A stretch of DNA of 53,276 bases from positions 1 to 53,276 of IMG/VR virus record IMGVR_UViG_3300034152_000987. One strand, given 5' to 3'. Both the position numbers and the translations under genes were made by a program. Shown one piece after another: positions 8,429-17,741 of the stretch. The notes beneath the pieces are model-generated. The model worked only from the letters and a program-made list of their open reading frames with translations, was not told the origin of the DNA and did no database searches. Every line of letters starts with the position of its first letter. Positions within the stretch are counted from its first letter, which is position 1. This DNA comes from a virus. Lineage: Duplodnaviria; Caudoviricetes.

Positions 8429-11400
8429 TTATAAGCTTCTATCAATAACGCCCATCCCGAGCATTCTTGAGTCAAGGCACGCAAATCCTATTTCTGCCCA
8501 TCCAAAGAAGCCTTGTTTTTGTTGACGAAGCAATGCTGGATCATCAATAGCTTCATATTCTTTTCTGATGGGCATTACAAGAGAATCATTTACGCTCATG
8601 TCAAAACCAAGTATCTGAGTTTCCCCCAACGAACTGACTGTTCCGTCAGCGGACGTTACGTTAGGATTGTCAAGAGTGTAGTTGTTGTAAACTTCGCCTG
8701 CGTCGGCTATGAACTTGCCAAAAGCAGCGGTGCTGGCATTGATGTTGTACATGCCGGTTGCTCCCAAATGTTGCACCTCATGAAGCTGCACGTTCCAAAT
8801 GGAACCCATTCCAGAAGCCTGAAAAATCTCTCTCCTGGTCACAGGATCAATGTCCGTGTCAGTCCACTCTCTAATGTCTGCAGCGTCTTCAGGAGCTATG
8901 TAAAGATCTGTCAAAGTCCTGCCAATTCTCTTGAAACCTACCAACATCTTATTTATAAGTTCCTTAGAAAGGTAACCAGCACCAGTTGACGCCGGATCAA
9001 TCTCATAAATAGGAGCTGGACGTGAACCCAACAGTCCCTTTCCAGAAAAAGCAGACGTCGCGGCCGGCATGATGATCTTCCAACCGCATTCTTCCTCATA
9101 ATTGGCAATGTCCTTTGCAACTCTAGCAGCAGCTCTTTGAGCAATGTCAATCCTCGAATCTCTAGCGTACGTCACTTTCCAATCTGCAGAAGCGTTAATA
9201 GCGAAGGTAGGAACATAGCATTCTGTTACTTGTAATGACCTCGGCTTTACCCGTTAGGCGGGGAAGCTCTTCGGCATTCCCTCTCACAGTTTCCTGTGAG
9301 TTCAGACTATATCATCATCCCAATGCAGGGAGTCTGGCGTATAGTCGTTGAGGAGTCTTAAAAAAGTTTCCTGCTGATTACCCAATCTTTGTTATTTTTA
9401 CCATGTCAGTAAACAAAGCTCTAAGGGCTTTCCAGCATATAGCAAGATTAAGAGGCCTATTTATTTTAGCTAACCTCTTCTCCTATACCTTCGATAAAGT
9501 TCTGGGCCATATCATCCTGTTACTTGTAATGACCTCGGCTTTACCCGTTAGGCGGGGAAGCTCTTCGGCGTTCCCTCTCACTGTCTCCAGTGAGTTCAGA
9601 CTATATCATCGCCTTATCGGCGTTTGACGTATAGTCGTTGGGGCTTACTTTATTTTAATCTCTTAGGAATATCCATAGTTATAACGTCTTTACTGCCATT
9701 CAAACTTCGTAAAGAAATTGCTATTTCAATGTCCCTATCGGTTACCGGAGTTCCTCTATTGACAGTCATTCTGTTATTGACATACTCTAACAATAGTTTA
9801 GCCTGCTTTTTCTTTGCAACCTCATTAGCCGCTAAAACAGGAAGTGCTTTATGAAGCCTCTTCATTCCCCCCAACGAAATTTTGTATTCAAGCTTTCCGT
9901 TTTTACGGGGTTTAGGACTTATATAAGCGCCTACTTTAAACCACTCTTTAATGACTCTATCGCAGTTTAATATAAATCCTTCACTGTCATTGGTTATTTC
10001 TATTGATGGAAAAAGATATAACGTCTTATTTTTATGATGATGTTGTTTAGACAACACATAACTTCCATCACTGTCAATGGCTCCGATCAACCATCCTAAG
10101 TCAAATAAAGTCTTGCCACCTGATTGTCCCATATTAGTCATATTTTCACCTTAGTAGTAATGACCACTTAGCGGGAGTTCCCAGCGTTATAGTCAAATTT
10201 TCAATACTACGTCTCTGTAGTATGGGCCATATGTTTATAGCCAAGCCCAGGTAGTACCCAAACTGGACAGTCTGTTACTTTTATGACCTAAAACGTCTTT
10301 TCTTTAGGCGGGTTGCTGCGAAGCAACCTCTGCACGTTTCCATGCAGCTCGGACTATATCTTCATTCAGTAAGAATGTTTGGCGTGTAGTCTCTGAGGAG
10401 TCTTAAAAAAGTTTCCTGCTGATTACCCAATCTTTGTTATTTTTACCATGTCAGTAAACAAAGCTCTAAGGGCTTTCCAGCATATAGCCAAATTATGAAG
10501 CTCTTAAAGAACCTCAAAATCTTCACTCACGGGGTAGACCGTTCAACCCAATGTGTTTCCACATTGGCCGGACTCTATCATCACGTTAAGCGTCTTGCGT
10601 ATTAGTCTCTGGGGTATCTTCATAGTTAGGGTTGTGATTTAAAAATTTTACTTTTTCAACTATATTATATATGTCTTTTGTATTAAATCTATTTATTTTT
10701 TTATGTTCCAAATAATCAATCATCAATTCCAGCTGGTTTTGTTTTGCAATAATTTTATTATTAATAAAACTCAGTAGTTTATACAAAGAATCCTGATTTC
10801 TTACATAAATGTTATAATTAAATTTCTTTTTGTTCTTACCTAATCTTTTTTTAGCTTTAGATTTATTGGTCCTATAATTATAATTTATATTAAGACTTTC
10901 ATATAAAGCTATAACATTATTAAGCATGGTGTCTGATCCAGTAGTTATGTCTACAGTGGGTATAACGCGTTCACTCTTTGTAACTACAAAACATATAGAA
11001 CCATCACCATCGATCGTACCGGCTAGCCAAGAAGGCGTGAAATTTCTATACCCGGTATCATAATTATAATCAAGATTCAGCTCTACTATTTTATTGTATA
11101 ACTCTTTTTGATAAGCAGTGTATGGTGTATTATTTTGTTTCCAACCAAGCTCATTAACATACCTCAATCTATCCTCACAAAACTTCCTTATTACTTCTAA
11201 TTGAGGTCTCCTAGAAATACAATATCCAACAACCAGATCAACAAACTCTATACATTTAGATAGACGTTTTATAGTTAGTTCCTTCTTATCTTTTCCAACA
11301 CTGGCTTTTCTCGTGGATATATGATGATTTATATTATTGTTATCTAAATAAGTATGGCATGCCTCAATTAAATCAAACCTAGTGTTATTAAAAGAAACAG

Positions 11401-11793
11401 TTGGTCTAAGTTGTAATCTCCCCCTAGGATAAAACCTGTGTATATACACACCAAAATCACTGTCAACTAAACCAGCAATATAGTTATCATTAACTATGAA
11501 GTTACCTGCATGATTGTCCATAACATCCTCCCCATTTTCACGTTGTCAGTAAGGGACGGCTTTAGGAGTTTCCAGCATATAGCAAGATTTTAACAGGCCA
11601 TTTACCCCACCATAGCCTGCGCTCCCGGCGCCAAATTCTCCACCGCGAACAATTCCCTCATGATTGATTCCAGTTCAATTTTCTGCAGGATTGGAGTAGT
11701 GAGCGCAGCGGCAAAAGCTCTGTAAGCCGCCATGCCTTCAGGAGTGTGCTCAGCTGTTGCTCTGAACAGTTGTCTCATTTCACGTTCGTCCAT
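8429..11793 (-). CDS. Major capsid protein, 355 aa after splicing; exons 11793-11614, 10539-10511, 10267-10239, 9512-9473, 9218-8429
   Basis: Joining the exons at U|...G| group I junctions gives one open frame of 1068 nt: ...LAPGAQA|VYPVSEDFEV|PVWVLPGLGY|MAQNFIEGIGEEV|YVPTFAINASADWKVTYARDSRIDIAQRAA... Position after portal, protease, scaffold and decoration genes, plus its size, fit an HK97-fold capsid protein. Confidence 0.85.
9219..9472 (-). mobile_element. Group I intron 4 of capsid gene (254 nt, no ORF)
   Basis: P1 AAGAGGU| pairs with GCCUCUU; same core motifs as introns 2 and 3; ends ...GUAACAGAAUG; removal joins GT+C into Val, in frame with the 8429-9175 ORF. Confidence 0.9.
9513..10238 (-). 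mobile_element. Group I intron 3 of capsid gene (726 nt) with LAGLIDADG ORF
   Basis: P1 GGCU|AU pairs with AUGGCC; core ACGCUGGGAAC, CAACGACUAUA, GAUAUAGUCU; ends ...GUAACAGGAUG; removal joins T+AT into a Tyr codon in frame. Confidence 0.9.
9650..10141 (-). CDS. Intron-encoded single-motif LAGLIDADG homing endonuclease
   Basis: 163 aa with LGWLIGAIDSDGSY motif and KKKQAKLLLEY helix; lies inside intron 3. Confidence 0.85.
   Translation of the reverse strand: MTNMGQSGGKTLFDLGWLIGAIDSDGSYVLSKQHHHKNKTLYLFPSIEITNDSEGFILNCDRVIKEWFKVGAYISPKPRKNGKLEYKISLGGMKRLHKALPVLAANEVAKKKQAKLLLEYVNNRMTVNRGTPVTDRDIEIAISLRSLNGSKDVITMDIPKRLK
10268..10510 (-). mobile_element. Group I intron 2 of capsid gene (243 nt, no ORF)
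   Basis: P1 hairpin UGAGGU|UCU-UUA-AGAGCUUCA with U-G at the splice site; UAUGCUGGAAAG, AAUCAGCAGG, UCAGAGACUACA and GAUAUAGUCC core elements; terminal G; removal restores the frame. Confidence 0.9.
10540..11613 (-). mobile_element. Group I intron 1 of capsid gene (1074 nt) with LAGLIDADG ORF
   Basis: P1: exon CAGGCU pairs with intron GGCCUG with a U-G at the splice site; P10 GGGGUA pairs with exon 2 UACCCC; core motifs AUGCUGGAAAC, CAGAGACUA, GAUAGAGUCC; ends in G. Confidence 0.9.
10586..11521 (-). CDS. Intron-encoded double-motif LAGLIDADG homing endonuclease
   Basis: 311 aa. Motifs YIAGLVDSDFGV and WLAGTIDGDGSI; AT- and TA-rich; start and stop overlap intron core sequences. Confidence 0.88.
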   Translation of the reverse strand: MDNHAGNFIVNDNYIAGLVDSDFGVYIHRFYPRGRLQLRPTVSFNNTRFDLIEACHTYLDNNNINHHISTRKASVGKDKKELTIKRLSKCIEFVDLVVGYCISRRPQLEVIRKFCEDRLRYVNELGWKQNNTPYTAYQKELYNKIVELNLDYNYDTGYRNFTPSWLAGTIDGDGSICFVVTKSERVIPTVDITTGSDTMLNNVIALYESLNINYNYRTNKSKAKKRLGKNKKKFNYNIYVRNQDSLYKLLSFINNKIIAKQNQLELMIDYLEHKKINRFNTKDIYNIVEKVKFLNHNPNYEDTPETNTQDA

Positions 11794-11893
11794 TTCTAAT
11801 CGTCCTCCTTTTAGTTATGGATGCGTCAAAATTCACGCATTAATCCATTTCTCACCACTCGTTCACTGTAATTCACAAAAAACCAATTTACAA

Positions 11894-12571
11894 TTAAACC
11901 AACAGTTTAATTCTAATTGGATAAAGAGTCGTGTTGGCAATGTTGGCAGAACATTTGGCAGCGCTTGCCCCTTTGACAACTCGAGCAACGTTGTAAGTTC
12001 TGTCCACAGCCTTGTAATTTGTGTCTCCGTCTCCAGAGCAATCCACGTACACGTTGGTCACTCGAGAACCGTTGTTGCAAGCAACGTGCAAATACTGTCC
12101 TGGCTTCATGTGATTTCCGTCAGTGACAGTGTTTGTCGTGTGCTGGCAAGTGTAATGCACGGTGTCCCAAATGCCCATGTGCGCTACCGCCAAAGGAGCT
12201 GTCTTTGTACCTATGATGTCTCCTGAAGAATCGTACAGGGGCTGAGCGATCACGTCGCTCGAACCAAGATCTCCAGGCATCAAGTGCCCAGCCGGATGCA
12301 CCTGATGGTAACCGGTTTTAACCTTCTGCATTGCAAACCCAAAAGGATCCACAGTGGTTCCGCTACCTTCTTTGTTGGCGTCTCCAGTTGGAATGTTGGT
12401 ATACGTATCATATCTACATACCTCAGCTTCCTGATTGGTTGCGCTGGATTTCAAATACACCACGGCGCCAGCGTAACAAATCACTCCGCCAACCCCCGCG
12501 GAACCTGTTCCACTTTGAGTGGTGTACTTGCAAAACTGATTTTGCACAACAGGATGTCTAGGTATAAACAT
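11894..12571 (-). CDS. Probable capsid decoration/cement protein
   Basis: 225 aa, Gly/Thr-rich, between scaffold and capsid genes; assigned by synteny. Confidence 0.5.
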   Translation of the reverse strand: MFIPRHPVVQNQFCKYTTQSGTGSAGVGGVICYAGAVVYLKSSATNQEAEVCRYDTYTNIPTGDANKEGSGTTVDPFGFAMQKVKTGYHQVHPAGHLMPGDLGSSDVIAQPLYDSSGDIIGTKTAPLAVAHMGIWDTVHYTCQHTTNTVTDGNHMKPGQYLHVACNNGSRVTNVYVDCSGDGDTNYKAVDRTYNVARVVKGASAAKCSANIANTTLYPIRIKLLV

Positions 12572-12602
12572 ATCCTTTCTCCTCCTTCATTAATAAACTT
12601 CT

Positions 12603-13358
12603 TTATTTCTTGTTGCTCTTCCGCTTCATCATTTCAGCCATGGCTTTGCCTAAATTAGAATACTTCGTCATGACTTCCTCATCAGGAAAAACGTCTATGT
12701 TGTAAGAAGCTCTCACAGCCTGATTAGGATCAATGTTAGCTGGAGGAGTTTCTTCCTCTGAAGTTTCCTCTTCGGCAGTTTCTTCCTCAGTGACGTTCTC
12801 TGAAGTTGAATCTGTCTCAGAAGAGTTTTCCTCTTTTGTTTCAACGTTCTGATTCTCTTCTGATCTTTCAGCGGAATTTGCCTCTATTTCATTGATCACT
12901 TCCTCTCTAATCGCCACAAGCTCTTCTTTGTAAGACGCGAATTCTTCATCAGACATTTCTCTAATCTTAGACGCTTGCTCTGCTCTGGCTTTTTCTTCGA
13001 CTCGAGCAACTTTAGCTTCGTCCAACTCAGACAGTCTAACGTCAGCAAGTCTGTCCTTCTTCATCTCTTCCAAAGCTGTTTGAGTTTCCGTCAGTTTCTC
13101 GTTGGAATCATTGATCTCCGCTCTAGCCGCCTCAAGCTGAGAGTTAAGATCTTCAATGGTTCCTTCATGTTCAGAAACTGAGGATTTCAGACTTTCAAGC
13201 TCTGCGTTTCTCTCTTCAAGAGTGGCTGTGAGATCTTCAATGGTCCCAGCCGCTTGCTGAAGAGCGTCTTCAGTCTTTTTTCTCATGTCAGCTTCTTCTT
13301 TCTCAGAAAAGATAGACATTACCATAGCTTCTACGTCTTTTCTTAGCTTATCTTCCAT
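12603..13358 (-). CDS. Probable capsid scaffolding protein
   Basis: 251 aa, highly acidic coiled coil with basic C-terminal helix, upstream of the capsid gene. Confidence 0.6.
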   Translation of the reverse strand: MEDKLRKDVEAMVMSIFSEKEEADMRKKTEDALQQAAGTIEDLTATLEERNAELESLKSSVSEHEGTIEDLNSQLEAARAEINDSNEKLTETQTALEEMKKDRLADVRLSELDEAKVARVEEKARAEQASKIREMSDEEFASYKEELVAIREEVINEIEANSAERSEENQNVETKEENSSETDSTSENVTEEETAEEETSEEETPPANIDPNQAVRASYNIDVFPDEEVMTKYSNLGKAMAEMMKRKSNKK

Positions 13359-13459
13359 GAAGTCTATACCTCCTTGAAAAATTTTAAATAAAATAAAGCA
13401 TTATACCAACCTACATAATCAACCCTGTCCTTTTAAATCAACAAAAAAAACAATTCTAA

Positions 13460-13897
13460 TTAGGGAAAATTAGGCATGGCGCCAGTGTTTCCCCTACAAG
13501 CCCACGCTTCCAAAGTGGTCTTGTCCAAATCATCTCCCAACATAAAATGCACGTCAAAATTTACACCACCGGCTCCAGCGGCATTGCTACACACAAGCTT
13601 TACAACGTTGGTGGTAGTGTTCTTGTCAATCCAAAAATAACCACCTGGATTTGAAAGAGGTGTAGCTGTAATAGTCCCGTACGTGGCTAAATCATAACCA
13701 TGAAACTTCACGCTTTCAGCAATGGTGATTTCGGTAGTGCCGCTTGCCAGCGTGACCGTGTCAGCCCATATGAACGGATAAGCGTGATTGTTTCCAGCTT
13801 GTTTGTACACGGCCTTCATGTTGTCATCGCCATCGATACGCGTTATCTTCGGAGTGCTCTTTCTTTTACCGGTGAGTGCTTGTCCGAGTTGCGTCAT
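13460..13897 (-). CDS. Hypothetical virion protein
   Basis: 145 aa ORF with GGAGG SD in the head operon. Confidence 0.55.
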   Translation of the reverse strand: MTQLGQALTGKRKSTPKITRIDGDDNMKAVYKQAGNNHAYPFIWADTVTLASGTTEITIAESVKFHGYDLATYGTITATPLSNPGGYFWIDKNTTTNVVKLVCSNAAGAGGVNFDVHFMLGDDLDKTTLEAWACRGNTGAMPNFP

Positions 13898-13900
13898 CTC

Positions 13901-15109
13901 TTAGTCCTCCTTGTTCAAATATTTTTCTGCACTGGATAAAACAGTTTTCAATACAGACATTCTTTCTCTTCGATTGTCTTCACTTCTCCTTTTCTCTAAC
14001 ATTCTAGCCGCCATTGCGTTCACAGTAGACTCAATCCTGTTTCTTAGACAATCAGGATCAGTAGTGTCCCGCGAGAAAGAAGTGCACTCCCTATCATACA
14101 AAGTACACCAGTTTTCATGCAACACTTTGGTGTCAGGACCCTTCACGGATCCTTCGTAAACCCACCGTTTAAAACTCACGCATATTCCAACAGTGTCATC
14201 ATTTTCTATCGCCCCCGAATTGCCGCCAAGTTCCTCAACGTCGGAATCAGAATTTTTTGATTCTTCAACGTCTTTGTCCTCAAAAACGGCGGAGGGTTCT
14301 TCGTCTAAAGAGGTTAAATTATTGTTTTCTTCAGAAACGTCCTGAGTTTCATTATTAGCTTCATCGTAATTTATAATGATTTCACTGCATTGATTTGATT
14401 CGTTGCGCGAAGAATGCGCCGTTTCCAACACAATGGAAGGTGGGTTGGCTGCATGTTTCACAAAACCACAACCGGAAAACACTATGCCTCTCAAAACTCT
14501 TGTAATCGTGCCTTTCGCAATCTCTTTTTTGTCCTTAATCACTTTAGCCATTCTGCCAAACGTGGAAAGATCGTTTGAAGCTAAACCCAAAGACTCAGCT
14601 TCGTCTTTGCTTATTATCAAGTCGCCCACTTTTACGTCAAAATCAGTAAAGTACGCTTCCATGCTCACTTTCCATTTGCGCTCTTCCACTTCTTTTGCCA
14701 AGTTTGGAAACCTTGATTTGTACAATATGCCTGCAATCGCAACGTGAACGTCCATCAAATCTATTTCTTCGTTGCTGGCAAGCTCTTTCAAATCCAAAAC
14801 TTCCCCATTGCTGTCAACAAAAGCGCGTTCATAAATGTGACCGACAATCTCCTCTTCCTTGTGTTCTACGTCCAACGCCTTATTAATTATGGAGCCCTCC
14901 GCTTGTATCAACTCAGAAGGCAAAAAATAAGCGTGATTCAAGTTTTCGCCAGAAGAAACAAAAATAGCCGAAAAATACAACAAGTCCGGCTGCTTCAACT
15001 TTACGTCCGGCAGCTTTATCGCAGACGACGCTTTCTCCCTCAAAGCCTTGGTTTCTTCATGAATTTCTACGTCAGCTTCCAAATACAACACGTTTTCACT
15101 GTCACCCAT
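13901..15109 (-). CDS. Probable prohead maturation protease
   Basis: 402 aa directly after portal; GENLN, LDVEH...IVGH, WKVSME and GCGFVKHAAN motifs resemble herpes/HK97-fold prohead proteases. Confidence 0.65.
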   Translation of the reverse strand: MGDSENVLYLEADVEIHEETKALREKASSAIKLPDVKLKQPDLLYFSAIFVSSGENLNHAYFLPSELIQAEGSIINKALDVEHKEEEIVGHIYERAFVDSNGEVLDLKELASNEEIDLMDVHVAIAGILYKSRFPNLAKEVEERKWKVSMEAYFTDFDVKVGDLIISKDEAESLGLASNDLSTFGRMAKVIKDKKEIAKGTITRVLRGIVFSGCGFVKHAANPPSIVLETAHSSRNESNQCSEIIINYDEANNETQDVSEENNNLTSLDEEPSAVFEDKDVEESKNSDSDVEELGGNSGAIENDDTVGICVSFKRWVYEGSVKGPDTKVLHENWCTLYDRECTSFSRDTTDPDCLRNRIESTVNAMAARMLEKRRSEDNRRERMSVLKTVLSSAEKYLNKED

Positions 15110-15162
15110 TACGCACTTCCTCCTTGCAATAATGAAAAAAAAACAATAACCCCCTACTTACA

Positions 15163-15177
15163 AGAGGTTAGTTTATT
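15163..15177 (-). promoter_or_regulatory. Candidate phage late-promoter motif AATAAACTAACCTCT (copy 1)
   Basis: Identical 15-mer at 15163-15177 and 31955-31969, each 40-55 nt upstream of a minus-strand gene. Confidence 0.4.
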
Positions 15178-16942
15178 ATTCCTCAATTCTTGATTTCAAC
15201 ACAGCGTTCAAAAACCCAGCGTACTCTTCGTCAGACATGCTTTTGACTATGTTCGACACAACGTCAGCCGCACCCAACTCTCCGGAATCGTTTGTTTTTA
15301 CGCTTTTATTTGGATCCAGGTTTTTTTGTTTTGGTTTTGCTGGATTGGCTTTCGGCCGTCCAGCTGAAGGAGTGCCTGAAGGAGCGTTTTGATTAGGCTG
15401 CATTCCTTTTTTGGATTGTTGCCAAGGAGAACCGTGCAACCCGAACACCCCGTCCTGCACCAACTTGAATTCCTCCTTCATGTTCTCATGTTCACTTGAA
15501 AAATCAAAATTCAGCGCTTCCAAAGCGGTTTTGTAACTTAGCATTCTTCTGTCCACAAGCTGAGAAATGATTGACATGTACAATATGGTGTCTTTAAGAA
15601 CGCTTTCATCCCACCTTACTTTAGGAAATTTTTCAAAACCAACGGCTTCTGCTATCTGCCTGTATTCACCGTAAATCCATCTTGTCACCTGCCTCCTGGC
15701 GTAAGCAATCTCCTCCATCAACCCCTTTATCAACAAACTCACCTCTGAAGCGTTCACGTTGCCTGTGCCGTCAATTATGGATCTTGTAACCCCAAGACCC
15801 CCGGTCATGTCTTCATTCACTTGTTTGTATTTGTCTTGACCAAGAACGGCTTCTATTTCTGGCGAAACAATCTTTTCAACCTTCAAAGTGTGGTTCCACA
15901 CAACTGAAAAGGATTTGCTGGTCGTGTCAAACAATTTTGCCACGGCCTCCAACTCCGCCTGAGTGACCACTGGATATTCGTCGCTTCCTATGGTCACCTT
16001 CAAAATGTAATTGCTTATTCCATCCAAAGTGCTTATGTCCGCCTCTTTCAAAGAATTCTTGTACTCTATAGTGTCAAAAACTCTGGCGGATCTTGGCTTT
16101 GCGTACCTTTCATACGGTTGCTTTCTGTAAGTTATGGATCCAACCAGCCTTGAATCCAACAATATGGATTCACTTTTTTCCGCGGCTCTTTTCAAATCAG
16201 CAGGCAAGGCTTTTATCAACCTCTTTTCTTCTTCGGACAAGTCTCCTGACGGCTTGTCCAATATGTCCTTAAGTTCTTTGGGCGGTTTCAACTTTATGCT
16301 GTAATTGTTGAACAACAAACTTCCGTCTATGTCCACCAACAAAGGATTCAACACAGTGTAAGAAATAGGCAAATGTCCTTTTGACCATATCTTTTTTCTA
16401 GCCGCTTTCTCTCCAGTGAGCACTTTTCCAGGAATTGGAGACAAGGTGGAAACTCTAGGCTCATATTTGGCAATGGCTTTGTAAGTCGTAACGTGACCCA
16501 CCTTGAAAAAATCCAAAAAGATCCATTCCAATATTTCATCAAACCTAACGTCAAAAGCCCAGGTGTCAAAAAAACTTTTTATTTTTTCATCGTCAACGTC
16601 ATTCTCAAACCCTCGAAAAGCCAAATTTGCCAATAAATTAGTAACTGTTCCGACCAAAGGATCTGACACGTAATACTTCATGGCTCTTTTAAAAAGAGTT
16701 TTAGGCTCTTCTTCAAAAGGACTCTTTTTGCCAAGAAAAAGATCCAGGTCAGGTCTCTGCAAAGCGTCCCTTCGAACAATGGACGCTTTTTCAGGTTCCA
16801 AAAAAGCCAGCGTCTTCTTGGTTGGCTCCAAATAAAAACTGGCCTTCCCACTTTTGTCGTCCACTTCTATGTGATGAAGCCCTATGTCAGGGTACTTCTC
16901 TTTAAGATCCGAGGTCACTTTTTTTATAGTGTCTTTTCTCAT
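15176..16942 (-). CDS. Portal protein
   Basis: 588 aa between terminase and protease; YYVSDPLVGTVTN, ILKVTIG, helical core and low-complexity C-terminal tail with GRP motif. Confidence 0.75.
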   Translation of the reverse strand: MRKDTIKKVTSDLKEKYPDIGLHHIEVDDKSGKASFYLEPTKKTLAFLEPEKASIVRRDALQRPDLDLFLGKKSPFEEEPKTLFKRAMKYYVSDPLVGTVTNLLANLAFRGFENDVDDEKIKSFFDTWAFDVRFDEILEWIFLDFFKVGHVTTYKAIAKYEPRVSTLSPIPGKVLTGEKAARKKIWSKGHLPISYTVLNPLLVDIDGSLLFNNYSIKLKPPKELKDILDKPSGDLSEEEKRLIKALPADLKRAAEKSESILLDSRLVGSITYRKQPYERYAKPRSARVFDTIEYKNSLKEADISTLDGISNYILKVTIGSDEYPVVTQAELEAVAKLFDTTSKSFSVVWNHTLKVEKIVSPEIEAVLGQDKYKQVNEDMTGGLGVTRSIIDGTGNVNASEVSLLIKGLMEEIAYARRQVTRWIYGEYRQIAEAVGFEKFPKVRWDESVLKDTILYMSIISQLVDRRMLSYKTALEALNFDFSSEHENMKEEFKLVQDGVFGLHGSPWQQSKKGMQPNQNAPSGTPSAGRPKANPAKPKQKNLDPNKSVKTNDSGELGAADVVSNIVKSMSDEEYAGFLNAVLKSRIEE

Positions 16943-16955
16943 TTAAATCTCCTAT

Positions 16956-17393
16956 TTATCTTCTTGTCACCACTCCAGAAAGAGTTTCTTTAAGTCTGGA
17001 TCCAAAGTAAAACGCGATTACTGATCCCAAAACGAGATGAGCCTCGACGCTTATGTTTATAGGAGTGAATTCTATTCCCAACCATCTTGAAACGTTTTCT
17101 CCCCACAAAGCGTAAAACTCAGTGAACAAAGCCCCTAATCCTCCAAGCGGCCTAACCAACCCATTCAACACCCTTATCAACCACGGCTGAGATTGGGTTT
17201 GCATTTCCGTCATGAACATCTCCCTAGCCGAATCCGTTGATTTCTCAGATATGTCAAACAACGTTGCGTAGTACTTCATTTTTTCCGCTTCACTTAATTT
17301 TTTAGGCCAAAACCTGTCCGCTATGTTGCTCGCAGCGCTTCCCAACATTTTTAAACCTGGTATAGCCGGGTTCAACCACTCTCCTAGTCCCAT
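16956..17393 (-). CDS. Holin-like membrane protein (3TM holin type)
   Basis: 145 aa with NGLVRP and VIAFYFGSR motifs and hydrophobic helices. Confidence 0.6.
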   Translation of the reverse strand: MGLGEWLNPAIPGLKMLGSAASNIADRFWPKKLSEAEKMKYYATLFDISEKSTDSAREMFMTEMQTQSQPWLIRVLNGLVRPLGGLGALFTEFYALWGENVSRWLGIEFTPINISVEAHLVLGSVIAFYFGSRLKETLSGVVTRR

Positions 17394-17413
17394 GGCTCAA
17401 ATCCTCCGTCCAA

Positions 17414-17731
17414 TTATTTGTCAGTGTTCAAATAGTTTTCGTTGTTGCCGTTTGTCAAATTAGTGTTGGCCAGTATCCTTGCAGACACCAAAGTGAGAAA
17501 ACCTCCGCCCATAAATCCAATTCCAATGGTTGAAGATATCCAAGGAGTCTGAGTTCCTGGTATTAAATGAAACATCCCCCATATAACAGGAACGTACATT
17601 GCCGCCAACAACATGAACTTCATGGAGGCAAAGTTTCTAAAAACTTTCATGAACCACAAACTCCAAAATCGGCCGCCAAAAAAAGACAACTCTTGCTTTT
17701 TGTCATCCATCAGATCATTCCTCCCAAACAA
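17414..17731 (-). CDS. Small membrane protein
   Basis: 105 aa with two hydrophobic segments, next to the holin-like gene. Confidence 0.55.
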   Translation of the reverse strand: MFGRNDLMDDKKQELSFFGGRFWSLWFMKVFRNFASMKFMLLAAMYVPVIWGMFHLIPGTQTPWISSTIGIGFMGGGFLTLVSARILANTNLTNGNNENYLNTDK

Positions 17732-17741
17732 CTGAAGTTAT

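Noticed and set aside
8429-9175. 248-aa ORF (and 63-aa ORF 11602-11793) as separate genes or a capsid pseudogene
   Set aside because: They are the last and first exons of one spliced gene; intron removal gives an uninterrupted frame.
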